Assembly: GCA_043816345.1 (NCBI GenBank)
Contig: JBDRIA010000064.1
Coordinates: 9,759 to 73,758 of the forward strand
Source of the DNA: Chloroflexota bacterium
Lineage (GTDB): Bacteria > Chloroflexota > Dehalococcoidia > Lucifugimonadales > UBA2985
Direction of reading: 5' to 3'
DNA length: 64,000 nucleotides
The position numbers and the translations under genes are program-made. Under the pieces are notes generated by a model, which was given only the letters and a program-made list of their open reading frames with translations, was not told where the DNA came from and ran no database searches. Below are positions 54,896-63,349 of the stretch, piece after piece (within the stretch, counting starts at the first letter, position 1; every line of letters starts with the position of its first letter).

Positions 54896-57505
54896 GTGAA
54901 CATGCACACGATAAAGGCTCGAATATTCCTGTGGTTGATACTGTCGCCAGCGCTCTTCCTCGTCCTCGCGGCCCCCTCCCGCCAGGACTACACTCCTCCT
55001 CATGACCAGCCTGGTCCGGCCACCGACACCATCAACTTCAGCGCCTTCGACGTTGACATTGCCTCCAAGGAGATGGAGGCCGGCGCCATGGATATGTACA
55101 TCTTCAGTCTAAAGACCTCCGCGGCGGAGAAACTGGAGAGCAATCCCGATGTCACCGTTTACCAGGCCCCTGCCTCCACAATCTCCATAGTGCTGAATCC
55201 GGCCCCCGCCCCCGAGGGGGAACTCAACCCCCTGTCAATAAAAGAGGTGCGGCAGGCCCTGCAGTACGTGGTCAACCGGCCCTACATATCCCAGGAGATA
55301 TACAAGGGCTTTGCTATGCCCATGCTCACCCACGTAAGCCCTGCCGACTTCGACTACCTGACCGTTTTCGATCTTCTGAAGGAGTCACGAATTGCCTACG
55401 ACCCTGACCTGGCTATGGAGCTGGTGAACCAGGCCATGACCCAGGCAGGGGCTGAGCTGAAAGACGGGTTCTGGCACTTCAACGACGAACGCATCAATCT
55501 GAAATTCATAGTCAGAACTGAAGACGAGCGTTGGGATATAGGGAACACCCTGCGGGTGGATCTGGTAAAACTGGGGTTCTCCGTGAATCTGATTCCTCAG
55601 CAGTTTGGGCCGGCCATCTTCACCGTGTATGGTACCGACCCTCAGCTCTTCCAGTGGCACCTCTACACCGAGGGATGGGGAAGAGGAGCGCCTGAAAGAT
55701 ACGATTTTGGCAACATCAACCAGATGTGCGCCCCCTGGCTGGGCAACATGCCCGGCTGGCAGGAGGTGGGCTTCTGGCAGTACGCTGCCCCACAGCTCGA
55801 CACGCTGGGGCAGCGCATCTTCACCGGAGACTTTGGTGACCTGGAAGAGAGAAACCAACTGTACGTAGAGGCCACCCAGGAATGCCTGGAAGAGTCCATC
55901 CGCTTGTGGGTTGTCACCGCGGTGAACAACATCCCCGCGACAACCGACATCCAGGGTATTACCGAAGACCTGGTCTCGGGACCCAAGAGCGTGTGGACCC
56001 TCAGGGAGGCCTACATTCCCGGCACTACCCAACAGCTCAACGTGGGAAATCTCTGGGTGTGGACCAACAGGACTACCTGGAACCCTGTGGGGGGCTTTGG
56101 CGATGTCTACAGCAACGACATCTGGAACAACGTCCACGATACCCCCCTGGCAACCCATCCCTTCACCGGCCTTCCCATCCCCTTCCGCGCCCAGTACCAG
56201 GTGGAGACCGCTGGCCCTGGCAGCAAGCTGACTCTCCCCAACGATGCCTTCCAATGGGATACTACCACCGGAAGCTGGAGCACCGTACCTACTGGAACCC
56301 ATGCCACCAGCAAGGTCACCTTCGATTACTCCAAATACTTTCAGTCAAAGTGGCATCATGGGCAGCCCATAACCATGGCCGACGTGCTTTACCCTATAGC
56401 ACAGCTCTTTGACATGGTGTACAACGAGGACAAGGCCAACATTGAGTTCTCCATCGGGACCACCAGCAAACCCTACACCGACACTTTCCGGGGATTCCGG
56501 GTCACCGCAGACAACAAGCTGGAGGTCTACGTAGACTTCTGGCACTTCGTGGACGACTACATAGCCCAGTACGCCAGCATCTCAGGGGTCAGCATGCCCT
56601 GGGAGGTACTGGCGGCCATGGACGACCTGGTGTTTCAACAGAGAAAGCTTGCCTACAGCGACACCTCGGCGGCCCGTTTCAACGTAAACTGGATCAGCCT
56701 GGTCCAGGATGGGGACGCCAGGCTGGTGAGGAACACCCTCAGGGAGTTTGACGAGAAGGGCTTCGTGCCGGAAAACGTGTTCACCATCAGGGGAGAGGCC
56801 CTGGTGAACGAAGGTGAGGCGGCCGCGAGGTACGGTGCGGCCATAGACTGGTTTGCCCAGAAGAAGCACATGGTCATCAGCAACGGGCCCTATCTGCTGG
56901 AGACCTTCGATAGCAGCGCACAGTTCGCTCAGATCAAGGCGTTCAGGGATCCCGGCTACCCCTTCCACCCTGGAGACCTCTACTACGGCAAGCCACCTGC
57001 CATCCAGATTGTCAGTGTGGAGGGAACCACTTTGAAAGAGGGAGCCGAACTGGTGACGGATGTGGAGATGGAGGGGCCAGGCAACATGGCGGTGCAGTAT
57101 GTGTTCCAGGACCCGGCCACCGGCGAGATAGTAAGCTCCGGCTCCGCAGCAGCCATATCTTCCAACGAGTTCGAGGTGCGGATACCCGCGGAGGTGACGT
57201 CAACCCTGACGGGAGACCTGTATTACCTCTTCCTGGCCGCCTACTCAGACGAGCTAGCCACCCTCCTGGAGCGACGGCTAGACATAGAGTTTGGCGCCGC
57301 TCCTGCGCAGCCAACACCCACCACGGTACCCGGAGCAACGGCTACCGCAGCAACGCAGCCCACGACACAGGCCACAAGCACACCCACAGCCAGCACGGGC
57401 GGCGGCTTATCCGTGGGACTGATAATAGCGGTACTTCTCGTCGCTGCGGCGGGGATCGCGGCCGGCCTGCTGGTTATGGTGTTGAGATCACGCCGGAGGT
57501 TCTGA
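54896..57505 (+). CDS. ABC transporter substrate-binding protein (peptide/nickel family 5) with a Thr/Pro-rich linker and C-terminal TM anchor
   Basis: 869 aa with an N-terminal signal/TM segment. The SBP_bac_5-like body is inferred from its size and its operon context with Opp/Dpp-type permeases. C-terminus is PAQPTPTTVPGATATAATQPTTQATSTPTAS followed by the hydrophobic GLIIAVLLVAAAGIAAGLLVMVL and RSRRRF. Confidence 0.8.
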   Translation: MNMHTIKARIFLWLILSPALFLVLAAPSRQDYTPPHDQPGPATDTINFSAFDVDIASKEMEAGAMDMYIFSLKTSAAEKLESNPDVTVYQAPASTISIVLNPAPAPEGELNPLSIKEVRQALQYVVNRPYISQEIYKGFAMPMLTHVSPADFDYLTVFDLLKESRIAYDPDLAMELVNQAMTQAGAELKDGFWHFNDERINLKFIVRTEDERWDIGNTLRVDLVKLGFSVNLIPQQFGPAIFTVYGTDPQLFQWHLYTEGWGRGAPERYDFGNINQMCAPWLGNMPGWQEVGFWQYAAPQLDTLGQRIFTGDFGDLEERNQLYVEATQECLEESIRLWVVTAVNNIPATTDIQGITEDLVSGPKSVWTLREAYIPGTTQQLNVGNLWVWTNRTTWNPVGGFGDVYSNDIWNNVHDTPLATHPFTGLPIPFRAQYQVETAGPGSKLTLPNDAFQWDTTTGSWSTVPTGTHATSKVTFDYSKYFQSKWHHGQPITMADVLYPIAQLFDMVYNEDKANIEFSIGTTSKPYTDTFRGFRVTADNKLEVYVDFWHFVDDYIAQYASISGVSMPWEVLAAMDDLVFQQRKLAYSDTSAARFNVNWISLVQDGDARLVRNTLREFDEKGFVPENVFTIRGEALVNEGEAAARYGAAIDWFAQKKHMVISNGPYLLETFDSSAQFAQIKAFRDPGYPFHPGDLYYGKPPAIQIVSVEGTTLKEGAELVTDVEMEGPGNMAVQYVFQDPATGEIVSSGSAAAISSNEFEVRIPAEVTSTLTGDLYYLFLAAYSDELATLLERRLDIEFGAAPAQPTPTTVPGATATAATQPTTQATSTPTASTGGGLSVGLIIAVLLVAAAGIAAGLLVMVLRSRRRF

Positions 57506-57544
57506 CAAGTGGAGAAGAGGGCGACTCCATTCTCCTCTCATATT

Positions 57545-57600
57545 GTTCGACAGGCTCACCGCGAGCTGAGAGTAGGGGGCGGTTTGAAACCGCCCCCTAC
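57545..57600. repeat. GC-rich dispersed repeat (family B variant) plus hairpin GTAGGGGGCGGTTTGAAACCGCCCCCTAC
   Basis: GTTCGACAGGCTCACCGCGAGC at 57545..57566. Perfect 12-bp-stem hairpin at 57572..57600, directly after the SBP gene. Confidence 0.8.
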
Positions 57601-57695
57601 AGAATCAACGAAACCTAAGGCGTGTATACTGTTCCACGAGACTAATCAACAGGCGGCACTACCGCCCCTGCCAACCCCTCATCAACGATGTAACA

Positions 57696-58760
57696 ATGTC
57701 CATCGCCAAGACCCTGGCAATAAGAGGCCTCACCCTCGTTGGCGTGCTCTTTGCCGTGCTGGTCATGGTGGCGGTGACTCTGGGCGCTACCGGCTTCTCC
57801 GACAGGATGCTGACGGCCATTGTCAATGAAGAGGTCAGAGGACTACGGCAGGGCCTGGCACAGACCATCCGCGACGTGGATGAGATAGAGCAGGTCATCC
57901 AGGAGCACCGCCTGGAACTGGAGGCGTCCTACGGCCTCAACCGGCCCTGGTACTACCGGCTCCCTCAGATGATAGGCAGGGTCGTCAGCCTGGACCTGGG
58001 GGAGGCCAGAACCCTCAAGACAGCCGAGGGGAGCAGCGGAATCACAGCGCTGATTGGGGAGCGACTCCCCAGGACCATGCTCCTGGTAACCACTGCTTCT
58101 GCCATAACGGCCATTCTCGGGCTGTTCTTTGGGGTCAAGTTGGCCACCCGGGTGGGCAGCAAGATGGACCGCATCGCGTCCCTCTTCGCGGCCACATCCA
58201 ACGCCCTCCCCGCATGGTGGGCGGGAATTTTGATGATACTGCTCACCTATGTAATACTCTCCGCCTTCAACGTGAGGGTTTTTCCCCCGGGAGGCATGTA
58301 CAGCGCTCCTCCTCCTGAGGGCGGCCTTGCCCGCCTCCTGGACCTCCTGTGGCACGCCACTCTCCCAGTAATCACCATGGTACTCATCTCCGCGGGCTCC
58401 TGGACATACGTGGTGCGCACCATGGTGATGAACACCGCCAGGGAGGACTTCGTCACCGTGGCCAGGGCCAAGGGCCTGCCTGAAGGAGCGGTCATGCGCA
58501 ATCACATCCTGCGGGTAGCCGCTCCTCCCATCCTCACTGGACTCATCCTTGGTCTGGCCTCGTCCGTGGCGGGGGCAATCCTCACGGAGACGGTGTTCAA
58601 TTGGCCGGGCATGGGCCGTCTCTACTACGAAGCCATCCTGTCGGTGGACGAGTCCGTGGTAGTGGCCCTCACCTTCATGTTCACCCTGATATACGTCACA
58701 GCCAGGTTCGTCCTGGAGGTGCTGTACATCGTCGTCGACCCCAGGGTACGGTATCAATGA
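57696..58760 (+). CDS. ABC transporter permease (OppB/DppB-like)
   Basis: Multi-TM product. The EAA-like loop region ARAKGLPEGAVMRNHILR is typical of binding-protein-dependent permeases. Confidence 0.9.
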   Translation: MSIAKTLAIRGLTLVGVLFAVLVMVAVTLGATGFSDRMLTAIVNEEVRGLRQGLAQTIRDVDEIEQVIQEHRLELEASYGLNRPWYYRLPQMIGRVVSLDLGEARTLKTAEGSSGITALIGERLPRTMLLVTTASAITAILGLFFGVKLATRVGSKMDRIASLFAATSNALPAWWAGILMILLTYVILSAFNVRVFPPGGMYSAPPPEGGLARLLDLLWHATLPVITMVLISAGSWTYVVRTMVMNTAREDFVTVARAKGLPEGAVMRNHILRVAAPPILTGLILGLASSVAGAILTETVFNWPGMGRLYYEAILSVDESVVVALTFMFTLIYVTARFVLEVLYIVVDPRVRYQ

Positions 58761-60199
58761 GAGGGGGAATGCAGAACGCCCTGAAGGAGCTGCTCTCCTC
58801 CACCACGGGGAAAGCAGGCGTAACCTTCTTTCTCGTCATGGTGGCAATATCCCTATATGCCCTGATAGCCAACCCCATGGACTTCGGCACCCGCCTTTGG
58901 AACAATCCTTCGGTGTGGGCGGACAATCCCAAAAACGTCCCGCCCTCCTGGACCGGCATCTTCCGCGGCTCCAAACGGGTAGACCACACAGTGTTCGAGG
59001 CGTTGGAGCCAACGAAGGTACGGAACACCTCAAGGGGAGAAGAGAGGGTGTACACGTTCAACCTTGACTACACCTTCGACGAGGCACCCTCCTTCACATC
59101 ATTCTCCCTGCAGGACGTCAACTATCACGTCACCTCCCCCACCATCTCCGTGTCGGTGGTGCGTCCCGACGGCAAGAGCCTGACCCTGTACAGGCATGTG
59201 GTATCCGCCCCTCGGCAAGGGGAGACATCCCCCATCCACCGGTATCAGCAAACCCCTTTCAGGGTGTTTCTGACAGGAGACTCCTCCGTCGCCAGCAAAG
59301 TGGCCCAGTTCCTCGAGGATGAGTTCAGCATACGAGCATCGCCTAACAGTCTGGTGGGTGACGTTGACGAGGCCATCTTCGGCACCCCCGATATCCAGGT
59401 CAGCGGTGGTTTCCAGCCCCTTAAAGGGGAGTATCAGATTGTGGTGGTGGCCCGCTTCCAGGACCCGCAAGACTCCATCGGAGCGGTGAAGTTCGTCGTG
59501 GGAGGCTCCCAGTTCGGGCTGATGGGCACGGATTCCATAGGGAGAGACCTGGCCAGGGGTCTCATCTTCGGGTTTCCCGTGGCCCTGGCCATAGGGCTGA
59601 TAACGTCAATCGTGGCCACGATTATCGGCACTACAATGGGCATAATCAGCGGCTACACCGGCGGCAAGACAGATATCTTCATCCAGCGCTTCTCCGATGT
59701 CCTCACCAACATACCCCTTCTACCCATTCTGCTATTCCTGGCCTTCATCCTGGGTCAGAAGTTGTGGCTAATCATGGCCGTCCTCATCGTCTTTGGCTGG
59801 CCCGGCATGACCATTGTGATACGCTCCATGGTGCTTCAGATCAGGTCGGGGCAGCTTGTGGAGGCCAGCAAGGCCCTGGGGGCTTCCCGATGGCGCATCA
59901 TGCTGCGTCACATCTTCCCCCAGATGGCCCCCTTCGTATTCGCCCAGATGATCTTCTTCACTCCCGCGGCCATACTGGCAGAGGCGGGACTCAGCTTCCT
60001 GGGCCTTGGCGACCCGTCGATACCGACGTGGGGCCAGATCCTGGACCAGGGGTTCAGGACCGGAGCGGTGTACGTCGGATATTGGTGGTGGGTGCTACCG
60101 CCGGGCATCCTCATAGTGCTCACCGCCCTCACCTTTGTGCTCATTGCTCTGGGCATGGAGCGAGTTGTAGACCCACGGCTAAGGACAGTACGACAATGA
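58757..60199 (+). CDS. ABC transporter permease (OppC/DppC-like) with a long periplasmic N-terminal insert
   Basis: Start at MRGGMQNALK (ATGA overlap with the previous stop). C-terminal permease core GTDSIGRDL...EASKALGASRWRIMLRHIFP. Confidence 0.88.
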   Translation: MRGGMQNALKELLSSTTGKAGVTFFLVMVAISLYALIANPMDFGTRLWNNPSVWADNPKNVPPSWTGIFRGSKRVDHTVFEALEPTKVRNTSRGEERVYTFNLDYTFDEAPSFTSFSLQDVNYHVTSPTISVSVVRPDGKSLTLYRHVVSAPRQGETSPIHRYQQTPFRVFLTGDSSVASKVAQFLEDEFSIRASPNSLVGDVDEAIFGTPDIQVSGGFQPLKGEYQIVVVARFQDPQDSIGAVKFVVGGSQFGLMGTDSIGRDLARGLIFGFPVALAIGLITSIVATIIGTTMGIISGYTGGKTDIFIQRFSDVLTNIPLLPILLFLAFILGQKLWLIMAVLIVFGWPGMTIVIRSMVLQIRSGQLVEASKALGASRWRIMLRHIFPQMAPFVFAQMIFFTPAAILAEAGLSFLGLGDPSIPTWGQILDQGFRTGAVYVGYWWWVLPPGILIVLTALTFVLIALGMERVVDPRLRTVRQ

Positions 60200-61209
60200 G
60201 CCTGCTGGATGTCCGCGACCTCCACATGAACTATGCCACCCAGGGAGACCCGGTGCGCGCCGTAGACGGCATATCCTTTGAGCTGGAGAAGGGGCAGGCC
60301 CTGGGCATCGTGGGCGAGTCCGGGTCGGGGAAAACCAGCCTCTCGTTGGCCCTCATGCGACTGCTCCCATCAAACGCCACCGGCTATCGAGGGCAGGTAC
60401 TCCTGGACGGGGACGACATCATGGAGCTACGGGACGAGGAGTTCCGGCGACTCATACGATGGCGGAAGATGTCCATGGTCTTCCAGGGAGCCATGAACTC
60501 CCTCAATCCGGTGCTGAAGGTGGGCCACCAGGTGGCCGAGCCTTTCTTATTGGAGAATAAGGGCCAGAAGAAGCTGGCCCAGGAGCGGGTGTTACAGCTT
60601 TTTGACCTGGTGCGGCTTCCCAGGGAGGTTGTAGACAGATACCCACACGAGCTGAGCGGTGGAATGAAGCAGAGGGTGATGATAGCCATGTCCCTGGTCC
60701 TCGACCCGAGCCTGGTTATCCTGGACGAGCCTACCTCCGCCCTGGACGTGAGCATCCAGGCCCAGATGATGAACCTGCTCAAGGACCTGAAGCGAGACCT
60801 GGGCATCTCCTTCATCTTCATCACCCACGACATAGCCCTGGCCAGCGACCTCTGCGATAGAATAGCGGTCATGTACGCGGGGGAGACAGTGGAGATTGGC
60901 AGTGCCGAGGACGTGCTCATCAGGCCCCAGCACCCCTACACCCAGAGGCTGCTCAACAGCATCCCCAGGCTGAGTTCCAGCGAGGCTCCGCAGTTCATCC
61001 CCGGCGCGCCCCCCGACCTGACCAGCCCACCGACCGGCTGCCGCTTTCATCCCCGATGCCCCTTCGCCTTTGGCCCCTGCGACAGGGAGAGTCCGCCTGC
61101 CTTCACCCCTTCGGCAAGCTCAGGGCAGGCTATCGAGGAAGGACACGAGGCCCGCTGCTGGCTTCTTGGTTCGACAGGCTCACCACGAGCGGAAGCTGGG
61201 GACCCATGA
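60196..61209 (+). CDS. ABC transporter ATP-binding protein (OppD/DppD-like); the 3' end contains embedded repeat copies
   Basis: ATGA overlap with the permease stop. Walker A GESGSGKTS, signature LSGGMKQR, Walker B LVILDEPTSALD, oligopeptide C-terminal domain GCRFHPRCPFAFGPC. Confidence 0.92.
   Translation: MSLLDVRDLHMNYATQGDPVRAVDGISFELEKGQALGIVGESGSGKTSLSLALMRLLPSNATGYRGQVLLDGDDIMELRDEEFRRLIRWRKMSMVFQGAMNSLNPVLKVGHQVAEPFLLENKGQKKLAQERVLQLFDLVRLPREVVDRYPHELSGGMKQRVMIAMSLVLDPSLVILDEPTSALDVSIQAQMMNLLKDLKRDLGISFIFITHDIALASDLCDRIAVMYAGETVEIGSAEDVLIRPQHPYTQRLLNSIPRLSSSEAPQFIPGAPPDLTSPPTGCRFHPRCPFAFGPCDRESPPAFTPSASSGQAIEEGHEARCWLLGSTGSPRAEAGDP
61108..61192. repeat. Family A plus family B GC-rich repeats lying inside the oppD-like coding sequence
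   Basis: CCTTCGGCAAGCTCAGGGCAGGCT (61108..61131) encodes PSASSGQA. GGTTCGACAGGCTCACCACGAGCGG (61168..61192) encodes the C-terminal tail GSTGSPRAE. Confidence 0.85.
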
Positions 61210-62183
61210 CAGAGATGCTCAGGATCGAAGACCTGCGGGTGCACTTTCAAGCCAGGAAGGGGCTTCTGGGGACCATCCCCGTCAAGGCCCTGGACGGCGT
61301 CTCCCTGGCCCTGGAGAAGGGCGAGACCCTGGCGTTGGTGGGCGAGTCCGGAAGCGGCAAGACAACCCTGGGTCGTGCTGCCCTCCGGCTCCTCAAACCC
61401 ACCAGTGGCCGCATCTTCTTCGATGGCGAGGATGTGACCCATCTCCCCGACTCCAGGCTCAAGGGGTTCAGGCGGAGGGCGCAGGGCGTCTTTCAAGACC
61501 CCTATTCCAGCCTGGATGCCTTCATGAGCGTGTCCCAGATTCTGGAGGAGCCACTGGCCATCCATGCACTAGGAAGCGCACAAGAGCGCATTGCTATGGT
61601 CTACGAAGCGCTACAGGATGTGAGGCTGTCGCCCGTGGAGGAGATGGCGGCCAAGTACCCCCACATGCTCTCAGGAGGAATCAGGCAGCGGGTGGGCATT
61701 GCACGGGCGCTGATCCTGAGGCCCGACTTCATCCTGGCCGACGAGCCTGTGTCCATGATAGACGCCTCCAGCCGGGCGGAGATCCTCTACCTCATGCGAG
61801 ACCTCCAGAAAAGGTACGGCATCGCCTTCCTCTACATCACCCACGACATCGCCACCGCCCGTCATTTTGCCGACAGGATCGCCGTGATGTACGCGGGGCG
61901 CATTGTGGAGATGGGCACTGCGGAGGAGATAATAGACGAGCCGTTGCACCCATACACCATAGCCCTGATAAGGGCCGTTCCAGAGCCCGACCCGGCCAAC
62001 CGGCTACGGCAGCGGCCCGTCATCCCGGGCGAGCCTCCCAGCCCCACCGAGCCGCCGACCGGCTGCCGTTTTCATCCCCGGTGCCCTTCGTTCATCGCAG
62101 GGACGTGCGAGGCCATAGACCCGCCGCTCATCGAGGTCAAGCCCGGCCACCACGCGGCCTGCCACCTGTGGCCGGAGGAGTAG
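61206..62183 (+). CDS. ABC transporter ATP-binding protein (OppF/DppF-like)
   Basis: Start at MTEMLRIEDL (ATGA overlap). Walker A GESGSGKTT, signature LSGGIRQR, Walker B ILADEPVSMID, GCRFHPRCP C-terminal domain. Confidence 0.92.
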   Translation: MTEMLRIEDLRVHFQARKGLLGTIPVKALDGVSLALEKGETLALVGESGSGKTTLGRAALRLLKPTSGRIFFDGEDVTHLPDSRLKGFRRRAQGVFQDPYSSLDAFMSVSQILEEPLAIHALGSAQERIAMVYEALQDVRLSPVEEMAAKYPHMLSGGIRQRVGIARALILRPDFILADEPVSMIDASSRAEILYLMRDLQKRYGIAFLYITHDIATARHFADRIAVMYAGRIVEMGTAEEIIDEPLHPYTIALIRAVPEPDPANRLRQRPVIPGEPPSPTEPPTGCRFHPRCPSFIAGTCEAIDPPLIEVKPGHHAACHLWPEE

Positions 62184-62203
62184 GGGGGTAGACTCGCCAG
62201 GGA

Positions 62204-62234
62204 TTGCATACCAACCACCAGCCCGTGGTAGAAT
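62204..62234 (+). promoter_or_regulatory. Candidate promoter (TTGCAT-N19-TGgTAGAAT) giving a near-leaderless transcript for ORF 62241
   Basis: -35-like hexamer at 62204..62209 and an extended -10-like element at 62226..62234. The ATG at 62241 lies only 7 nt after the -10, and no SD is visible. Confidence 0.35.
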
Positions 62235-62240
62235 CGGGGT

Positions 62241-62750
62241 ATGGGATGGATTCAGCGACAAGTCGACGGCATACTTCAGAACCTCATTGCCCAGGCGGTC
62301 ATCGGCGTGTTAGCAGGTGTTGGTTGTCTTGTTTGGGCCATTATCCGAGAGGCTCCTGATTACCTTGTTGCGCTTGTAGTAATCGGGGGAGTAGTAGGCG
62401 TTTTCGGCCTTCTGAGGCTTTTTATATGGATACGGGATAAAGTACGAAAGCCTGCTGTACCGGATTATTGGCGGTGTCCTGACGGGAAACTCCACGAGTG
62501 GACATATTGGCGTGGGGAAAATACTGGCGTATATATGTGCAAGAACTGTAGAAGCCAAGTAGATAAGGCCACATTAAAGGCACACACTGATCAAGGCCCT
62601 TCGACAATAGGAATTGATGCGGATGAAAGTCTCATTATAGCTCCCAGGGCGAAGATAATAAATCAGGATATTGGTATCAAAAGTAAGAAGTCCATTATCG
62701 ATATTCCTAATTCTGAAATTAGGGATGAGCGACAAAGGGAGGATAGATAA
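62241..62750 (+). CDS. Hypothetical membrane protein with a CPDG...CKNC zinc-ribbon-like motif (low-GC gene)
   Basis: Two predicted TM helices, then WRCPDGKLHEW...YMCKNCRS, then an Ile/Asp/Lys-rich tail. No recognisable family. Confidence 0.5.
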   Translation: MGWIQRQVDGILQNLIAQAVIGVLAGVGCLVWAIIREAPDYLVALVVIGGVVGVFGLLRLFIWIRDKVRKPAVPDYWRCPDGKLHEWTYWRGENTGVYMCKNCRSQVDKATLKAHTDQGPSTIGIDADESLIIAPRAKIINQDIGIKSKKSIIDIPNSEIRDERQREDR

Positions 62751-62755
62751 CATTC

Positions 62756-63103
62756 ATGCCTATTTACGAATATGAATGTGACCAATGTCACAATAAATTC
62801 GAGATGCGTAAATCTATGTCTGAGGCTTCAAACTACGTTAGTTGTCCTTCTTGCAAGTCTAATGAGACTCATCGCTATTGGTCAGCACCTAATATCACAG
62901 GAAAATCGACATCAGACCAGAAAGCTGTCCCACCTTACAGTGGTATAACAACAATGAACGATGTCACAATTACAAATTGTGGTACTGGCATACAGGTGGA
63001 AAATGCTGAGGTTCGTGGCAAGAATGTGAAGCTACGAGGAAATAAAAAGGCATTGGTAGCTAAACATGCTAAAGTGGAAATCGAGGGGCTGGAAATTGAC
63101 TAG
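62756..63103 (+). CDS. FmdB-family zinc-ribbon protein with a C-terminal repeat-like extension (low-GC gene)
   Basis: MPIYEYECDQCHNKFEMR...VSCPSCKS N-terminal motif. The C-terminal ITNCGTGIQVENAEVRGKNVKLRGNKKALVAKHAKVEIEGLEI looks beta-solenoid-like, judged by eye only. Confidence 0.6.
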   Translation: MPIYEYECDQCHNKFEMRKSMSEASNYVSCPSCKSNETHRYWSAPNITGKSTSDQKAVPPYSGITTMNDVTITNCGTGIQVENAEVRGKNVKLRGNKKALVAKHAKVEIEGLEID

Positions 63104-63210
63104 CGTCAACGGTGTATCCCTAAACTGCTACGGATTCTCCCGCTCGTCTCACCGCCCCTCCAGCTATCTAGCCGTGAGCATGGCCAAATTCATAGCAATG
63201 CTGCCCTACT

Positions 63211-63320
63211 GTCATTCTGAGTCCCGATTCCATCGGGACGAAGAATCTAAGGCCTTCGCTTAGGTTACCCCGCCCAAGATTCTTCAGTCGTCCCAACAAG
63301 TCGGACTCCTTCAGAATGAC
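63211..63320. repeat. Two inverted copies of a ~37-nt palindromic unit (family C core CCCGATTCCATCGGG)
   Basis: Left unit: GTCATTCTGA-GTCCCGAttccaTCGGGAC-GAAGAATC (63211..63248). Right unit: GATTCTTC...TCGGAC...TCAGAATGAC (63278..63320). The outer 10-nt and 8-nt arms are perfectly complementary. Confidence 0.8.
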
Positions 63321-63349
63321 ATGGTGTGAAGGGGGCACCAACAGCAGTC

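Noticed and set aside
61070-62191. 373-aa plus-strand ORF in an alternative frame over the oppF-like gene
   Set aside because: The overlapping frame (61206..62183) carries complete Walker A, signature and Walker B motifs. This frame is Arg/Pro/Gly-rich nonsense.
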